A stretch of 64,000 bases of DNA, taken from the IMG/VR virus record IMGVR_UViG_3300025405_000009, positions 1 through 64,000 of that record; one strand, written 5' to 3'. Under the pieces are notes generated by a model. That model saw nothing but the letters and a program-made list of their open reading frames with translations, was not told the origin of the DNA and ran no database searches. Below, piece after piece: positions 23,878 through 33,338 of this stretch. Positions within the stretch are counted from its first letter, which is position 1; every line of letters starts with the position of its first letter. This stretch comes from a virus. A program made the position numbers and the translations under genes.

Positions 23878-24696
23878 ATGCTAGTAAAGGTATCACACGA
23901 ATCTCCTATTTCTATTCTTCAAACGTCAACGTTGTATAACGATTTTGATTATGCCTTAGTTCATTTATTTGAATCACATCCAAAATATTATCAATATTTT
24001 AAGACAGCTCGTGAGATTTATAATCGTGAAGTTCTTCTTGATAACTCTATTTTTGAGCTCGGTCATGCGTTTGATAGCGATAAGTTCTTAGCTGCTGCTA
24101 TTGATCTCAAACCAAATATGTTTATTGTTCCTGATGTACTTGAAGATGGTATGAGGACTAGACAGAGTTTCACCGATTGGGAGTTACTAGGTAGAACACA
24201 ACATATAAAGGATGTTTGTACTACAAAGGCTATTGGTGCAGTTCAGGGTAAGACATGGCAGGAGCTTATTGATTGTTATAAGTTTATGTCGGATCACGCT
24301 GATATGATTGCTATTAGTTTTGATTTTTCTTACTATGAGGTTACAGGTGAGGGTAGATCAAAGCTTGATAAGTGGTGCTCTGGTCGTCAGAGGTTTATTA
24401 GTCAGCTTATTGAGAAGGGTATCTGGAACTTGGATAAGCCTCATCATCTTCTAGGATGTTCACTTGCAAAGGAATTTCGATATTATATTAATCACAATAT
24501 TTTTAATATTGTAAGTTGTGATACCAGTAATCCAATTGTTGCAGCTCTTCATAATATGAAATATGATGCTGATTACGGTCTTTCTACTAAACCATCTACT
24601 AAGCTTGCTGATCTTATTGATCATCAAGTTACAAAAGATGAAATGGAAATCATAGATTATAATACTAAAATGTTTAAGAAAATTTTATGCAGATAG
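23878..24696 (+). CDS. dpdA: DpdA3-like 7-deazaguanine DNA transglycosylase (TGT-like TIM barrel)
   Basis: SHESP...DYALVHL...VLLDNSIFELG...IVPDV...HHLLG...SCDTSNP; context with QueF and formyltransferase; start moved to 23878 (leaderless promoter). Confidence 0.65.
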   Translation: MLVKVSHESPISILQTSTLYNDFDYALVHLFESHPKYYQYFKTAREIYNREVLLDNSIFELGHAFDSDKFLAAAIDLKPNMFIVPDVLEDGMRTRQSFTDWELLGRTQHIKDVCTTKAIGAVQGKTWQELIDCYKFMSDHADMIAISFDFSYYEVTGEGRSKLDKWCSGRQRFISQLIEKGIWNLDKPHHLLGCSLAKEFRYYINHNIFNIVSCDTSNPIVAALHNMKYDADYGLSTKPSTKLADLIDHQVTKDEMEIIDYNTKMFKKILCR

Positions 24697-25307
24697 GCAA
24701 ACGACCTTGGATAGCTTTTTTTAGTCAGAGTGGTCAGGCGATTTATAATGTAAAAACATTTTTTAACCGTCAACCGGATGCTATTATTACTAATCGTCAA
24801 AATAATGAGGGGTTGTTTGATCCGTTAAAAGAAGATAAAGACAATGGTAAACTTAATTGGATAATATTACCAAAGAATCCCACTGTTAATGATTACAAAA
24901 AGGCTTTAAAGAAATTTAAAAATCCTGTTATTACTCTTAATGGTTATCTTAGAATTATGCCTAAAGAGATTTGTGAGAAGTATGAGATTTATAATCTTCA
25001 TCCCGGTCTCATAACTGAATATCCAGAACTCAAAGGAAAAGATCCACAAAAGAGAGCTATTGAAGCTAAACACCGTCACATAGGATGTGTTATTCATAGG
25101 GTTACACCTACTGTTGATGATGGAGAGATTCTTATGGCAAATGCTATTGATACAGCTATACTGGAAAACGATGAAGAGCGTATGTATGCCAATCTTGCCT
25201 CCATGGCGTATGTAATGTGGTATGACTTCTTTAATAATTTTAAACAATATGAGCATAGACGAAATAGTAAAAACAATCGAAACACAGTATCCGGAGACCT
25301 GTACTGA
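24687..25307 (+). CDS. dpdN: PurN-like formyltransferase (DpdN, dPreQ1 formyltransferase candidate)
   Basis: LNGYLRIMP...YNLHPGL...GCVIHRVTPTVDDGEIL GAR-transformylase motifs. Confidence 0.75.
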   Translation: MQIGKRPWIAFFSQSGQAIYNVKTFFNRQPDAIITNRQNNEGLFDPLKEDKDNGKLNWIILPKNPTVNDYKKALKKFKNPVITLNGYLRIMPKEICEKYEIYNLHPGLITEYPELKGKDPQKRAIEAKHRHIGCVIHRVTPTVDDGEILMANAIDTAILENDEERMYANLASMAYVMWYDFFNNFKQYEHRRNSKNNRNTVSGDLY

Positions 25308-25596
25308 ATTTAAAAAAATTCAGGCAGAGCATTACCTTACTTTTTGTAAGAAGCAATTTGATTATGGCCCAGGTAATATTTCTTTAGGGTCATCTTTAAA
25401 TACAGCTGAGGAGAGAAAGGCATCAATTTCCGCAATTGTAGTTAGACTTAATGATAAACTTCAGCGTCTTATCAATCTTGTTCTTAGAAAGAACAGTCTT
25501 GAGTCAGCTAATGAGTCAGTTTTTGATGCGTTTTTAGATGCATCTGTTTATAGTATTATTGCTGAGATAGTAAATCGTGGCAAATGGGCAAAGTAG
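25249..25596 (+). CDS. DUF1599 / nucleotide-modification-associated all-alpha protein
   Basis: KKQFDYG...RLNDKLQRL...ESVFDAFLDASVYSII. Confidence 0.75.
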   Translation: MSIDEIVKTIETQYPETCTEFKKIQAEHYLTFCKKQFDYGPGNISLGSSLNTAEERKASISAIVVRLNDKLQRLINLVLRKNSLESANESVFDAFLDASVYSIIAEIVNRGKWAK

Positions 25597-25611
25597 TATT
25601 ATAATTAAACT

Positions 25612-26163
25612 ATGTTAATAAGTTTTAGCGGTGTTCAATCTAGTGGTAAGAGTACTTTACTAAAGGCTTGTCAAGAGCATTATGGTGATCGATTTGAATT
25701 TGTAGAGGAAGTAACTAGATTAGTAAAGAGAGAATTTAATGTGCCTATTAACGAAGAAGGTACAGGTTTAACTCAATGCTTAATCATTAATAAACATATT
25801 GAGAATGTACTGAGATTAAGGGAGACAAAGGGGGCTATACTAGATCGCTGTATTCTTGATGGAGTTTGTTATACAGGGTATCTGCACTTAGAGGGTACTG
25901 TTCCTTCATGGGTATTTGATTATAGTAAGAAGGTATTTGAAAAACTTATTACAATGTATGATGTAATCTTTTATACTGATCCGTATGATATTGAATTAGT
26001 TGATGATGGTGAGAGAAGTATTAATAAGGAATTTAGATACAATATGATTACTACATTTGAACATGTAATAAAAAGATATGATCATCTGTTAAAAGATAAA
26101 GTTGTAAAACTAAAAGGAACAGTTGAAGAACGAATGGAAGCTATTAAAATAAAATTACAATAA
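25612..26163 (+). CDS. P-loop nucleotide monophosphate kinase (thymidylate kinase/AAA_28-like)
   Basis: SGVQSSGKST Walker A, ILDRCILDG. Confidence 0.8.
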   Translation: MLISFSGVQSSGKSTLLKACQEHYGDRFEFVEEVTRLVKREFNVPINEEGTGLTQCLIINKHIENVLRLRETKGAILDRCILDGVCYTGYLHLEGTVPSWVFDYSKKVFEKLITMYDVIFYTDPYDIELVDDGERSINKEFRYNMITTFEHVIKRYDHLLKDKVVKLKGTVEERMEAIKIKLQ

Positions 26164-26168
26164 CAATT

Positions 26169-27158
26169 ATGTCAAGCACAACCTCAAACGCATTTGGTGG
26201 TAATAATCGACCACCAACACCACCAGCACCACCACAACAGAGTATGAATGACTTTGCATCAAAGTCACTTGGTTCATCTGCATCATACGCTATCTATACT
26301 GAACAGTTTGATGCCTCACTTCTTAACCCAATGCCTAGAGTTCTTGCTCGTCAGGATCATGGTATTACAGGAGCTGAATTTGTAGGAGGAGATGTATGGC
26401 ATTGTCATGAAGCAACATTCCTTCTTAATAATGGATACCCAATCGCTGGTACATTAAAGTATACCTACCCTGCTAACTCAGAGTTTATGGTAGAGTCAAA
26501 GTCAGCTAAACTGTATCTCAATTCATTCGATATGTGTAAAATGGGCAATACACCTGCTGAGGCAATTGCTAAGTATGAACAACAGGTTGCCGATGACTTG
26601 GCAAGAGTTCTTCAGACTCAAGTAGATGTTATTTTCTTCCCTTCAGGATCTGATAAGTACGGTAAGCTTCCTCTTGATGGAGAGTATAGGGATCTTTATT
26701 GGGAGCTTCTTGATATTGCTAAAGATATTGAGATTACTGATTATTCATCTAATGAAAATCATCTTAAGTTTGCTAAGATTCATCCAGAAGATAATGAAAA
26801 AGTATCATCCAAGTACTTTACTAATGCATTAAGATCACGTTGTCGTCATACTAAACAAAAGGATACAGGAGCTGCTTATATTCATATTATTTCTAAAGAC
26901 GGTATGATGATTGATCCAGTATCTCTTTATAAGCAAATTGTGTCATTAAGAGAAGTTAATGAGTTTCATGAGTTCTGTGCAGAAAAGCTCTTTAAGAGTA
27001 TTATGGCATGTCCTGAAGTAGAAGATTGTTGTGTAACTCTTCTTTACTCTCGTCGTGGGTCTCTTGATATTAACCCTGTACGTGCCAGTAAGCCTGAACT
27101 TCTTCCAACTAATCTTATAGATGCAAATATCTATACTATTAAGGCAATGGGTCAATAA
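26169..27158 (+). CDS. queF: NADPH-dependent 7-cyano-7-deazaguanine reductase (YqcD-type QueF)
   Basis: VESKSAKLYLNSF QueF motif, LRSRCRHTKQKD (catalytic C/D), EFHE, YSRRGSLDINP. Confidence 0.85.
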   Translation: MSSTTSNAFGGNNRPPTPPAPPQQSMNDFASKSLGSSASYAIYTEQFDASLLNPMPRVLARQDHGITGAEFVGGDVWHCHEATFLLNNGYPIAGTLKYTYPANSEFMVESKSAKLYLNSFDMCKMGNTPAEAIAKYEQQVADDLARVLQTQVDVIFFPSGSDKYGKLPLDGEYRDLYWELLDIAKDIEITDYSSNENHLKFAKIHPEDNEKVSSKYFTNALRSRCRHTKQKDTGAAYIHIISKDGMMIDPVSLYKQIVSLREVNEFHEFCAEKLFKSIMACPEVEDCCVTLLYSRRGSLDINPVRASKPELLPTNLIDANIYTIKAMGQ

Positions 27159-27181
27159 TTATTGTTAGTTGTTGTTACAAT

Positions 27182-27212
27182 AAAAAAGGCGTACTAAAAG
27201 TACGCCTTTTTT
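27182..27212. terminator. bidirectional intrinsic terminator
   Basis: aaaaaaGGCGTACT-aaa-AGTACGCCtttttt between convergent genes. Confidence 0.9.
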
Positions 27213-27230
27213 ATTATATTTTTATCTAAA

Positions 27231-27752
27231 TTAACCTAAGTAAGCTGCAAGTCTTGATTGACTAAATGTAGTGCGAACCTGATGATTTACATCTGGACTA
27301 CCTGTAAGAATAAAGAAATTATCTAAAGCTGAGGTCTTTGTTGTATCTATAGCAATTGTTGAAGCATTAGATGAAAGACTAATTACGGTGTTAGCTAAGC
27401 TTGTTGCAATACCTGTTGTAATTGGCCAATAAACAGCAAGAGTACCACTTACACCACTCTTATAAGTTGAACCAGCAACAAGTTGTCCTGCCCATACTTG
27501 AGGTGTTGTTAACACGGAAGGTGAACTAAGTGTAATATTAATACTTGTTGCGCCTGCAGTTGCACTTAAGCCAACTCCTGTACTATCAGGATCTGTAAGA
27601 ACAGTTAATTTAGCTACTAAATCACTAGTAGCTGCTCCAAGAGTTGTATTAGTAGCACTAAGAGTGATTACTGCATCAACACCAGCATTCGCAACAAATC
27701 CTGCGACTGATGAAATGATTGGTGTTACTGTTAAAAATGATTCGTATGCCAT
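27231..27752 (-). CDS. Ser/Thr/Ala-rich late structural protein (capsid decoration candidate)
   Basis: Own TAAATA box, immediately downstream of major capsid gene. Confidence 0.5.
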   Translation of the reverse strand: MAYESFLTVTPIISSVAGFVANAGVDAVITLSATNTTLGAATSDLVAKLTVLTDPDSTGVGLSATAGATSINITLSSPSVLTTPQVWAGQLVAGSTYKSGVSGTLAVYWPITTGIATSLANTVISLSSNASTIAIDTTKTSALDNFFILTGSPDVNHQVRTTFSQSRLAAYLG

Positions 27753-27796
27753 ATACTATTATTTATTCTCTGCAGTAACTTTTTTTATAACTGTAT

Positions 27797-27833
27797 AAAA
27801 GGGAAAACCCGGTCTTTCGACCGGGTTTTCTTT
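27797..27833 (-). terminator. terminator of major capsid gene
   Basis: GAAAACCCGGTC-GAAA-GACCGGGTTTTC 12-bp stem. Confidence 0.85.
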
Positions 27834-27858
27834 GTGACCTTTTCGATCTGAATACTTC

Positions 27859-29409
27859 TTAGAAGTAAACTGACTGAGTGGCAGGTGTGAAGGCCTTACC
27901 GAGACCCTGAAGGATGATGACGTGGTAATAAAGATTCGCACCGAAGATGTTGTCAACTACACCATAACGTGTAAGAAGACCGACTCTTGGTGAGAAATCG
28001 TTAGGACCGATAGTACGCTGAACCATAACTGGGATGTATGGGCAGTAAATAATACCTGTATCATAGAATTCAGGACCCTTATAACCTAGGAGTGCGTAAT
28101 CAAGACGTGCTGAACGTGTTGTCGGAGTCTGACCGAAACTACCAGGGAAGCCGTTAGCGCCGGCAAGGTTGCCGCCGAAACCAGCTTCGTACTGAGCTTC
28201 AGTGCGAGTATCACGATAAACGTTGAAACGACCTGCGAGACTACCTACCTTAGCAACACCAACTGGCTGTGTATTTACATTACCTTGTACGGGTACCCAC
28301 TGGAACTCAGGGAGCATCTCAAGGATTGCGCAAACACGAGGTGTACCAACAATGAAGTTAGCTGCACCACGACGGTTACGAACTGCAATACGATTAGCCT
28401 CGATGATGAGGCGCTGATAGAAGTCACGGTTACGCTCTACAAGCCAACGACCATCTGCGGAAGCTGGTGACCAGACTGAGAATCCAGCGCCGAAACCGGC
28501 GTTAAGAGCTGTCTGAACCATGCGGATGATCATTTCACGGTCGATTTCGGCCTGAAGCTCATAACTCATTGCGTTAGTAAGCTCAGTGTCGATATCGATA
28601 CCATTCATGTTCTTAAGATCCTGCTCCAACTCGACAGACCAACGAGCTGCGAGACGGCGTGTGCCGGCTTCAACTGCTGTCTTTTCGAATGAAACTACGA
28701 TCTGAGGAATATTGCTTGTTAACTCAAACTGACTGAGAAGCTGAGCAACACCTTGATCCTGCGCAACCATTGGGAATAAAGCACTTGCGTAGCTGTTATC
28801 ACCAGAGAGTGCTGCCGAAGAAGCACCTGTGAATCGGGAATCGAGATATTGGTAACCAAGTTCTGTGTTGTTTGAGGTCAACGCGGCATTACTGGTGTAC
28901 TGGTTCGTTAAAGAACCATCAATACCACTAGTACCGTTGTTGTAACCTAAAGCCTGACCGTCGTACTTATATCTAAGTGCGAAAGCAAGACCAACTGGAC
29001 CACTCATTGGCTGAACACCAACGATTTCGTTAGTGATCAACTCAGGGAATGTACGTCTGATCATCGGGATGAGAATCTTTGGAAGACGGGCATCACCTGG
29101 AGCATAAGCGGTATCATTCTGAGATGGGAACTGGTTGCCGTAAGCACCGTTTTGGATACCTGAAGCTACACCTGTTCCACCTGAGTTTGAGAAAGCACCT
29201 ATACCACCTGATGTTGTGCCTGCGCCAGACGCTTCAAAACACCATTTTTCTTGGTTCTCAAGAAGAATAGCTGTATTGAGACGTGTGTGGTCGTCTTCGA
29301 TTGGCTGTACGTTGTCTGAAGTATAGTTAAGAACTGGGTTCCACTTTTCAAGCAAAGCATTAGCGCGATTTACATCGATGTAAGACTGTGAGGGACGAAT
29401 ATTTGACAT
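27859..29409 (-). CDS. gp23: major capsid protein
   Basis: GVQPMSGPVGLAFALR, TRRLAARWSVELEQDLKNMNGIDIDTEL, YCPYIP. Confidence 0.98.
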   Translation of the reverse strand: MSNIRPSQSYIDVNRANALLEKWNPVLNYTSDNVQPIEDDHTRLNTAILLENQEKWCFEASGAGTTSGGIGAFSNSGGTGVASGIQNGAYGNQFPSQNDTAYAPGDARLPKILIPMIRRTFPELITNEIVGVQPMSGPVGLAFALRYKYDGQALGYNNGTSGIDGSLTNQYTSNAALTSNNTELGYQYLDSRFTGASSAALSGDNSYASALFPMVAQDQGVAQLLSQFELTSNIPQIVVSFEKTAVEAGTRRLAARWSVELEQDLKNMNGIDIDTELTNAMSYELQAEIDREMIIRMVQTALNAGFGAGFSVWSPASADGRWLVERNRDFYQRLIIEANRIAVRNRRGAANFIVGTPRVCAILEMLPEFQWVPVQGNVNTQPVGVAKVGSLAGRFNVYRDTRTEAQYEAGFGGNLAGANGFPGSFGQTPTTRSARLDYALLGYKGPEFYDTGIIYCPYIPVMVQRTIGPNDFSPRVGLLTRYGVVDNIFGANLYYHVIILQGLGKAFTPATQSVYF

Positions 29410-29516
29410 ATATTTTAAATTTCTTTCTTTGTGTCGACCTTATTTTCTATTTAGGGATACAACTCCCTCAACAAGAAAAGGAAAAACTTTTTCCTTAAAA
29501 TCCGTTATATTAAAAA

Positions 29517-30404
29517 TTAATATTTGCCAAGCTCAGACATGTAGACGTTAAACAATGGAGCGTCTAATTCAGTCTGTGTACTTGAATTGATGGATTCCTC
29601 AATAATAGGGCGATCAACTGTACTTGCTACAGTTTCTGTAATCGCCTCATTCATGAGGCCTGTGAGTCGCTCTTCTTCGGTCTTCTCAAATAAACCGAGA
29701 GTATAATTAAAGTTTTCAGCAATGAATTTTGCTGACTTGTTGCCAAGCATCTTCTTCATGTACTTTTGCTTTTCTTCATCGAGTGAAGAAATCTTTTGCT
29801 CAAGTACAAGAGCTGATTTAACTTTACTTAGTTCCTCGGTTAATGAGGAGACACGCTTATTAGCGACTTCAAGCTGACTAGCAGCTTCATCAATACGGGA
29901 CTTACCATCAACAACAGCTTCACGGATTGACTCCTGAGCCAATGCCATATCAACTGAAAGCATCTTGCGAATATCAGCTAATACTGAAATTGCACGCTTG
30001 TTGTTTACAGCTTCATTAATTGCAGCGGTAGGTACCTTTTCTTCAAGGTATAGATCAAGATAGTTACTAACTTGATCTACGATTGTGGACTTGAAATTTG
30101 TTGCTTCATTGGTGAGAGCAGCTTCATACTTCTCTACTACCATTCTAAGCTTACTTGCACGATCAGCATCAAGAGCTTTTACAACTTTGTTAAGCTTAGT
30201 TGTGTGATCAGCGTCTACAGCCTCGAGAAGAGTCTCGAGCTTTTTACTGTAATCTTCATCTTGTTCTGTAAGAGCCTTTTCAACGTGAAGGGCTACTTTT
30301 TCATTTACTGAAGCATCAAACGCGGCCTGAATTTCATTCAGTACGTCCTCTGTGAGGATGTCTTTTGTTGCTTCCTTAAGAACCTGGGAGATGTTTTTTT
30401 CCAT
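29517..30404 (-). CDS. gp22: prohead core scaffolding protein
   Basis: Coiled-coil, between gp21 and gp23, VDQVSNYLDLYLEE. Confidence 0.85.
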   Translation of the reverse strand: MEKNISQVLKEATKDILTEDVLNEIQAAFDASVNEKVALHVEKALTEQDEDYSKKLETLLEAVDADHTTKLNKVVKALDADRASKLRMVVEKYEAALTNEATNFKSTIVDQVSNYLDLYLEEKVPTAAINEAVNNKRAISVLADIRKMLSVDMALAQESIREAVVDGKSRIDEAASQLEVANKRVSSLTEELSKVKSALVLEQKISSLDEEKQKYMKKMLGNKSAKFIAENFNYTLGLFEKTEEERLTGLMNEAITETVASTVDRPIIEESINSSTQTELDAPLFNVYMSELGKY

Positions 30405-30410
30405 ATAAAA

Positions 30411-31076
30411 TTATTTATTGTTGGCTTTGCTTATTGAACGCTTTAATTTGCTCTCAACTACGCCTTGTAAATATTTATTAGCAACAGCGTAATTTTTTTG
30501 AGATATAGCCTTAATAAAGTTTGTAATCTGCACTGAATCATTTAAGTGATCAATATTACCATATCTAACCTCTATTTGCCTTTCACGTTCCTTCGAACGC
30601 TTTTTTGTACATGTAGGGCACGGACAATCAGACTTTCCTGTGCAAGCCTCTTTAGCTTCTTCAGCATCTTCATCTTGTAAATTATTATCCCAACCTTCAA
30701 AATCACTTAAAGAAAGTTTTCTTAATTTTTCAGCAACTGATAACCAGAGTGGTTCGAAATTAATATCATCAGGATCTTCACCAGCCTTTACAGCCTCATC
30801 ACGTGCATGAAATTCTTCTTCAACTGCGTCACCTATAATTGTTTTAAGCAACTCACTACCACCTAATAGGTCATTTACATTTCCTCTATTACTGACTTCA
30901 CCACGTTCGATACTATCGCCAGCCCATTCGATGACTCGATCAATTATCTTTTCCTGGTCAGACTCAGGCTCTTCACCAGCTTCTGCTGCAGGCTTTTCTA
31001 GATCCTTAAGTTGTTGCTGTAAGAGTGCTCTTCTTGCATTTACCTCGTTCTGCTTTAATTGATTAATGTCGCTCAT
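30411..31076 (-). CDS. acidic prohead core-like protein
   Basis: D/E-rich, in head operon, own TATAAATA. Confidence 0.5.
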   Translation of the reverse strand: MSDINQLKQNEVNARRALLQQQLKDLEKPAAEAGEEPESDQEKIIDRVIEWAGDSIERGEVSNRGNVNDLLGGSELLKTIIGDAVEEEFHARDEAVKAGEDPDDINFEPLWLSVAEKLRKLSLSDFEGWDNNLQDEDAEEAKEACTGKSDCPCPTCTKKRSKERERQIEVRYGNIDHLNDSVQITNFIKAISQKNYAVANKYLQGVVESKLKRSISKANNK

Positions 31077-31090
31077 ATGAGTAATATTAT

Positions 31091-31753
31091 TTATAGTTTA
31101 GATAGGAAAGAAAGTATCTGATTCTTAAGAAAACTTGCGACATCATGACGTGGAAGATTTTTAAGACTGTTTGCAAATTGCTCGTAAACTTCTTCATAAC
31201 GACCATCCTGAGCAACAACGAATTGTTTTGATTCAAGAATACCGTTAACAAAAGCTCTTGGACAAGAAGGATCAGCAACACAATCTACAGCAATTAAACG
31301 CATTTCATTTACTCGGTTAATACCATTTGACTCTTCAGATAACTGACCGAGTGCTCTACTTGACATACCAACTTTTACACCATCATTAATAAGTGAACGA
31401 ACAATTTGTCCTGTAGGAGTTGAGAGAACTACTGACTCACCATAAATTGTTTTACCATCCTTACGAAGGTTAGTAACCATGTGACAGGCTCTTTCAAGAT
31501 CAACTTCAGCTGAAGCAGGGTGATTTAATTCACCCAATGCTCTTTTTGTATTAATCATTTCATTTACGTAACGATCAACCTCACGAGCCATATCTGATTC
31601 TGTATAAATGCGCTGGTTCTTATTAACCATTTCACACTCCATATATGGTCCACGGATAATGAGCTTAGATTGACCTTTAATATTCTTTTGCTCTTCGATG
31701 TATTCGAACTGTTCCTCAGGAGCAGGTGTTTCGACAAGTAGGCGTAATGACAT
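31091..31753 (-). CDS. gp21: prohead protease
   Basis: NKNQRIY, ALGELNHP, GMSSRALG, DCVADPS. Confidence 0.95.
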   Translation of the reverse strand: MSLRLLVETPAPEEQFEYIEEQKNIKGQSKLIIRGPYMECEMVNKNQRIYTESDMAREVDRYVNEMINTKRALGELNHPASAEVDLERACHMVTNLRKDGKTIYGESVVLSTPTGQIVRSLINDGVKVGMSSRALGQLSEESNGINRVNEMRLIAVDCVADPSCPRAFVNGILESKQFVVAQDGRYEEVYEQFANSLKNLPRHDVASFLKNQILSFLSKL

Positions 31754-31784
31754 ATATAAAATTATTTATGGCTGACTGTATTAT

Positions 31785-32243
31785 TTATCTAGTTATACCT
31801 AATTCCAACTCTGTTAAAATTAAAAATTCGTAACCATGTTTCTGACACCACTTTCTAGCTGCATCCCATTTTGCCTGATTTTGAGCATATCTAACTGTTT
31901 CATATACCATTGTTGATTGTCTCTTTTTTCCTTTAACGGGTAACTTAGTTTGAGCACTAGGTTTTATCTCAACAATATACTTTTTAATACCATTAGCTTC
32001 CTTTATAGCAATGATTCCGTCAGTGTGATAGCGGTGAACTTTTTTATCTATTGGACTAATATAAGGTATAATTACAGCTTCAGAAGCCCATTCGACTACA
32101 TTAATATTATCATCACAGAAACGAAAAAACTTTAATTCCCAACTAGAGCGGTAAACTGGATCGCCCTTGCCGATATATTTTGTAGGGTTCTTCGGCTTAA
32201 AGACACCTTGTTTAAACTTACCTTTGCCATTAAGAGGAATCAT
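31785..32243 (-). CDS. gp4: head completion nuclease
   Basis: PKNPTKYIG..YRSSWE, WASE, EIKP, NQAKW. Confidence 0.93.
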   Translation of the reverse strand: MIPLNGKGKFKQGVFKPKNPTKYIGKGDPVYRSSWELKFFRFCDDNINVVEWASEAVIIPYISPIDKKVHRYHTDGIIAIKEANGIKKYIVEIKPSAQTKLPVKGKKRQSTMVYETVRYAQNQAKWDAARKWCQKHGYEFLILTELELGITR

Positions 32244-33322
32244 TATCCAATAAAGAACATCGGTGGGTTAGCATCACCCATACCTGCAGCAGCACCTGTA
32301 TAAAGCTGTTGTTCTAATGTGTCCTTTTCTTTTAATCCTTGACTGAGTAAATCATTAAAATTAATCTGTCCACCGCCGAACATGGTTATCCCTGTATATT
32401 TACCACGGACGTTACCAACACCTATCTTAGTTAAAGCCAATGCATATTGGTATACCCACTGTTCCTTAATTAAATCACGTAATGGACGTTCAACGTAACA
32501 GGACATAACTCCCCAGAAACGACTTCCAGAACCTGGGGTACGTGGAGGTGGATAAAAAACTAAAAGCTGGGTACGAGGATCAAAGACATAAGCACGTCTT
32601 ATAGCTAACATTTTTTCACGAACACCTAACCAATTTTTTAATGTATACCAACTAATAAGATCAAATCCGTAATTACCCATTGAGTAACTGAAGTAGGTTT
32701 GTTGAGCTAATGTTTGTTCAATTGTAAAAAGAGTATTAACACCATCTGAAGAACCTTCTTCAAAATTTGAAACGTCAACAACCTTTCTATACGCCATTAC
32801 ATCATAATCATAACTATTAACGTACTGAGATTGATCATTACTAGAAGGTGTAAAGAGACTGGCAACTGTACTATTAAAATTAATAACACTCAAATAGTTG
32901 GTAGTAGTAAGAATTTGATTAGTAAAAATACCTGTAGCGTAAGTTGAAGATAATGTAGGTGATGTGCTAAAGAAAGAACCAGGAATTGAAGAATTACAAG
33001 CGTAAACAGTTGTAGTTGGTTTATCTATTCTACTAAACTCAGGTGTAATACTAAAGAGATCATCAAGTTTTATACCAACACCATCTTTATAAAGATCAGA
33101 ATTAAACACAAGATATTCTTCAGTAAATCCTGCATACTTAGCAAACATCTCACAAGCTATAGAAATGAATTCAAATAATTGATCTTGGTGAATTTCAATA
33201 TTAATCATCGGTGCTCCAAGAGAGCGGGTAATTCTATCACCCAATCTTGAAAAAGAATTTATCTTACTTGATAAATTAGTACTCTGAAAAGCTGAAATTG
33301 GTGTAATGGCTGAACAATCCAT
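32243..33322 (-). CDS. gp13: neck protein
   Basis: LGAPMINIEI, WVYQYALALTK, GGGQIN. Confidence 0.9.
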   Translation of the reverse strand: MDCSAITPISAFQSTNLSSKINSFSRLGDRITRSLGAPMINIEIHQDQLFEFISIACEMFAKYAGFTEEYLVFNSDLYKDGVGIKLDDLFSITPEFSRIDKPTTTVYACNSSIPGSFFSTSPTLSSTYATGIFTNQILTTTNYLSVINFNSTVASLFTPSSNDQSQYVNSYDYDVMAYRKVVDVSNFEEGSSDGVNTLFTIEQTLAQQTYFSYSMGNYGFDLISWYTLKNWLGVREKMLAIRRAYVFDPRTQLLVFYPPPRTPGSGSRFWGVMSCYVERPLRDLIKEQWVYQYALALTKIGVGNVRGKYTGITMFGGGQINFNDLLSQGLKEKDTLEQQLYTGAAAGMGDANPPMFFIG

Positions 33323-33338
33323 ATAAATTATTTAAGCA

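Noticed and set aside
27759-29270. Small ORFs overlapping gp23 (27759, 28223, 28285, 29079)
   Set aside because: Alternative-frame or antisense artefacts of a GC-richer, highly expressed gene.
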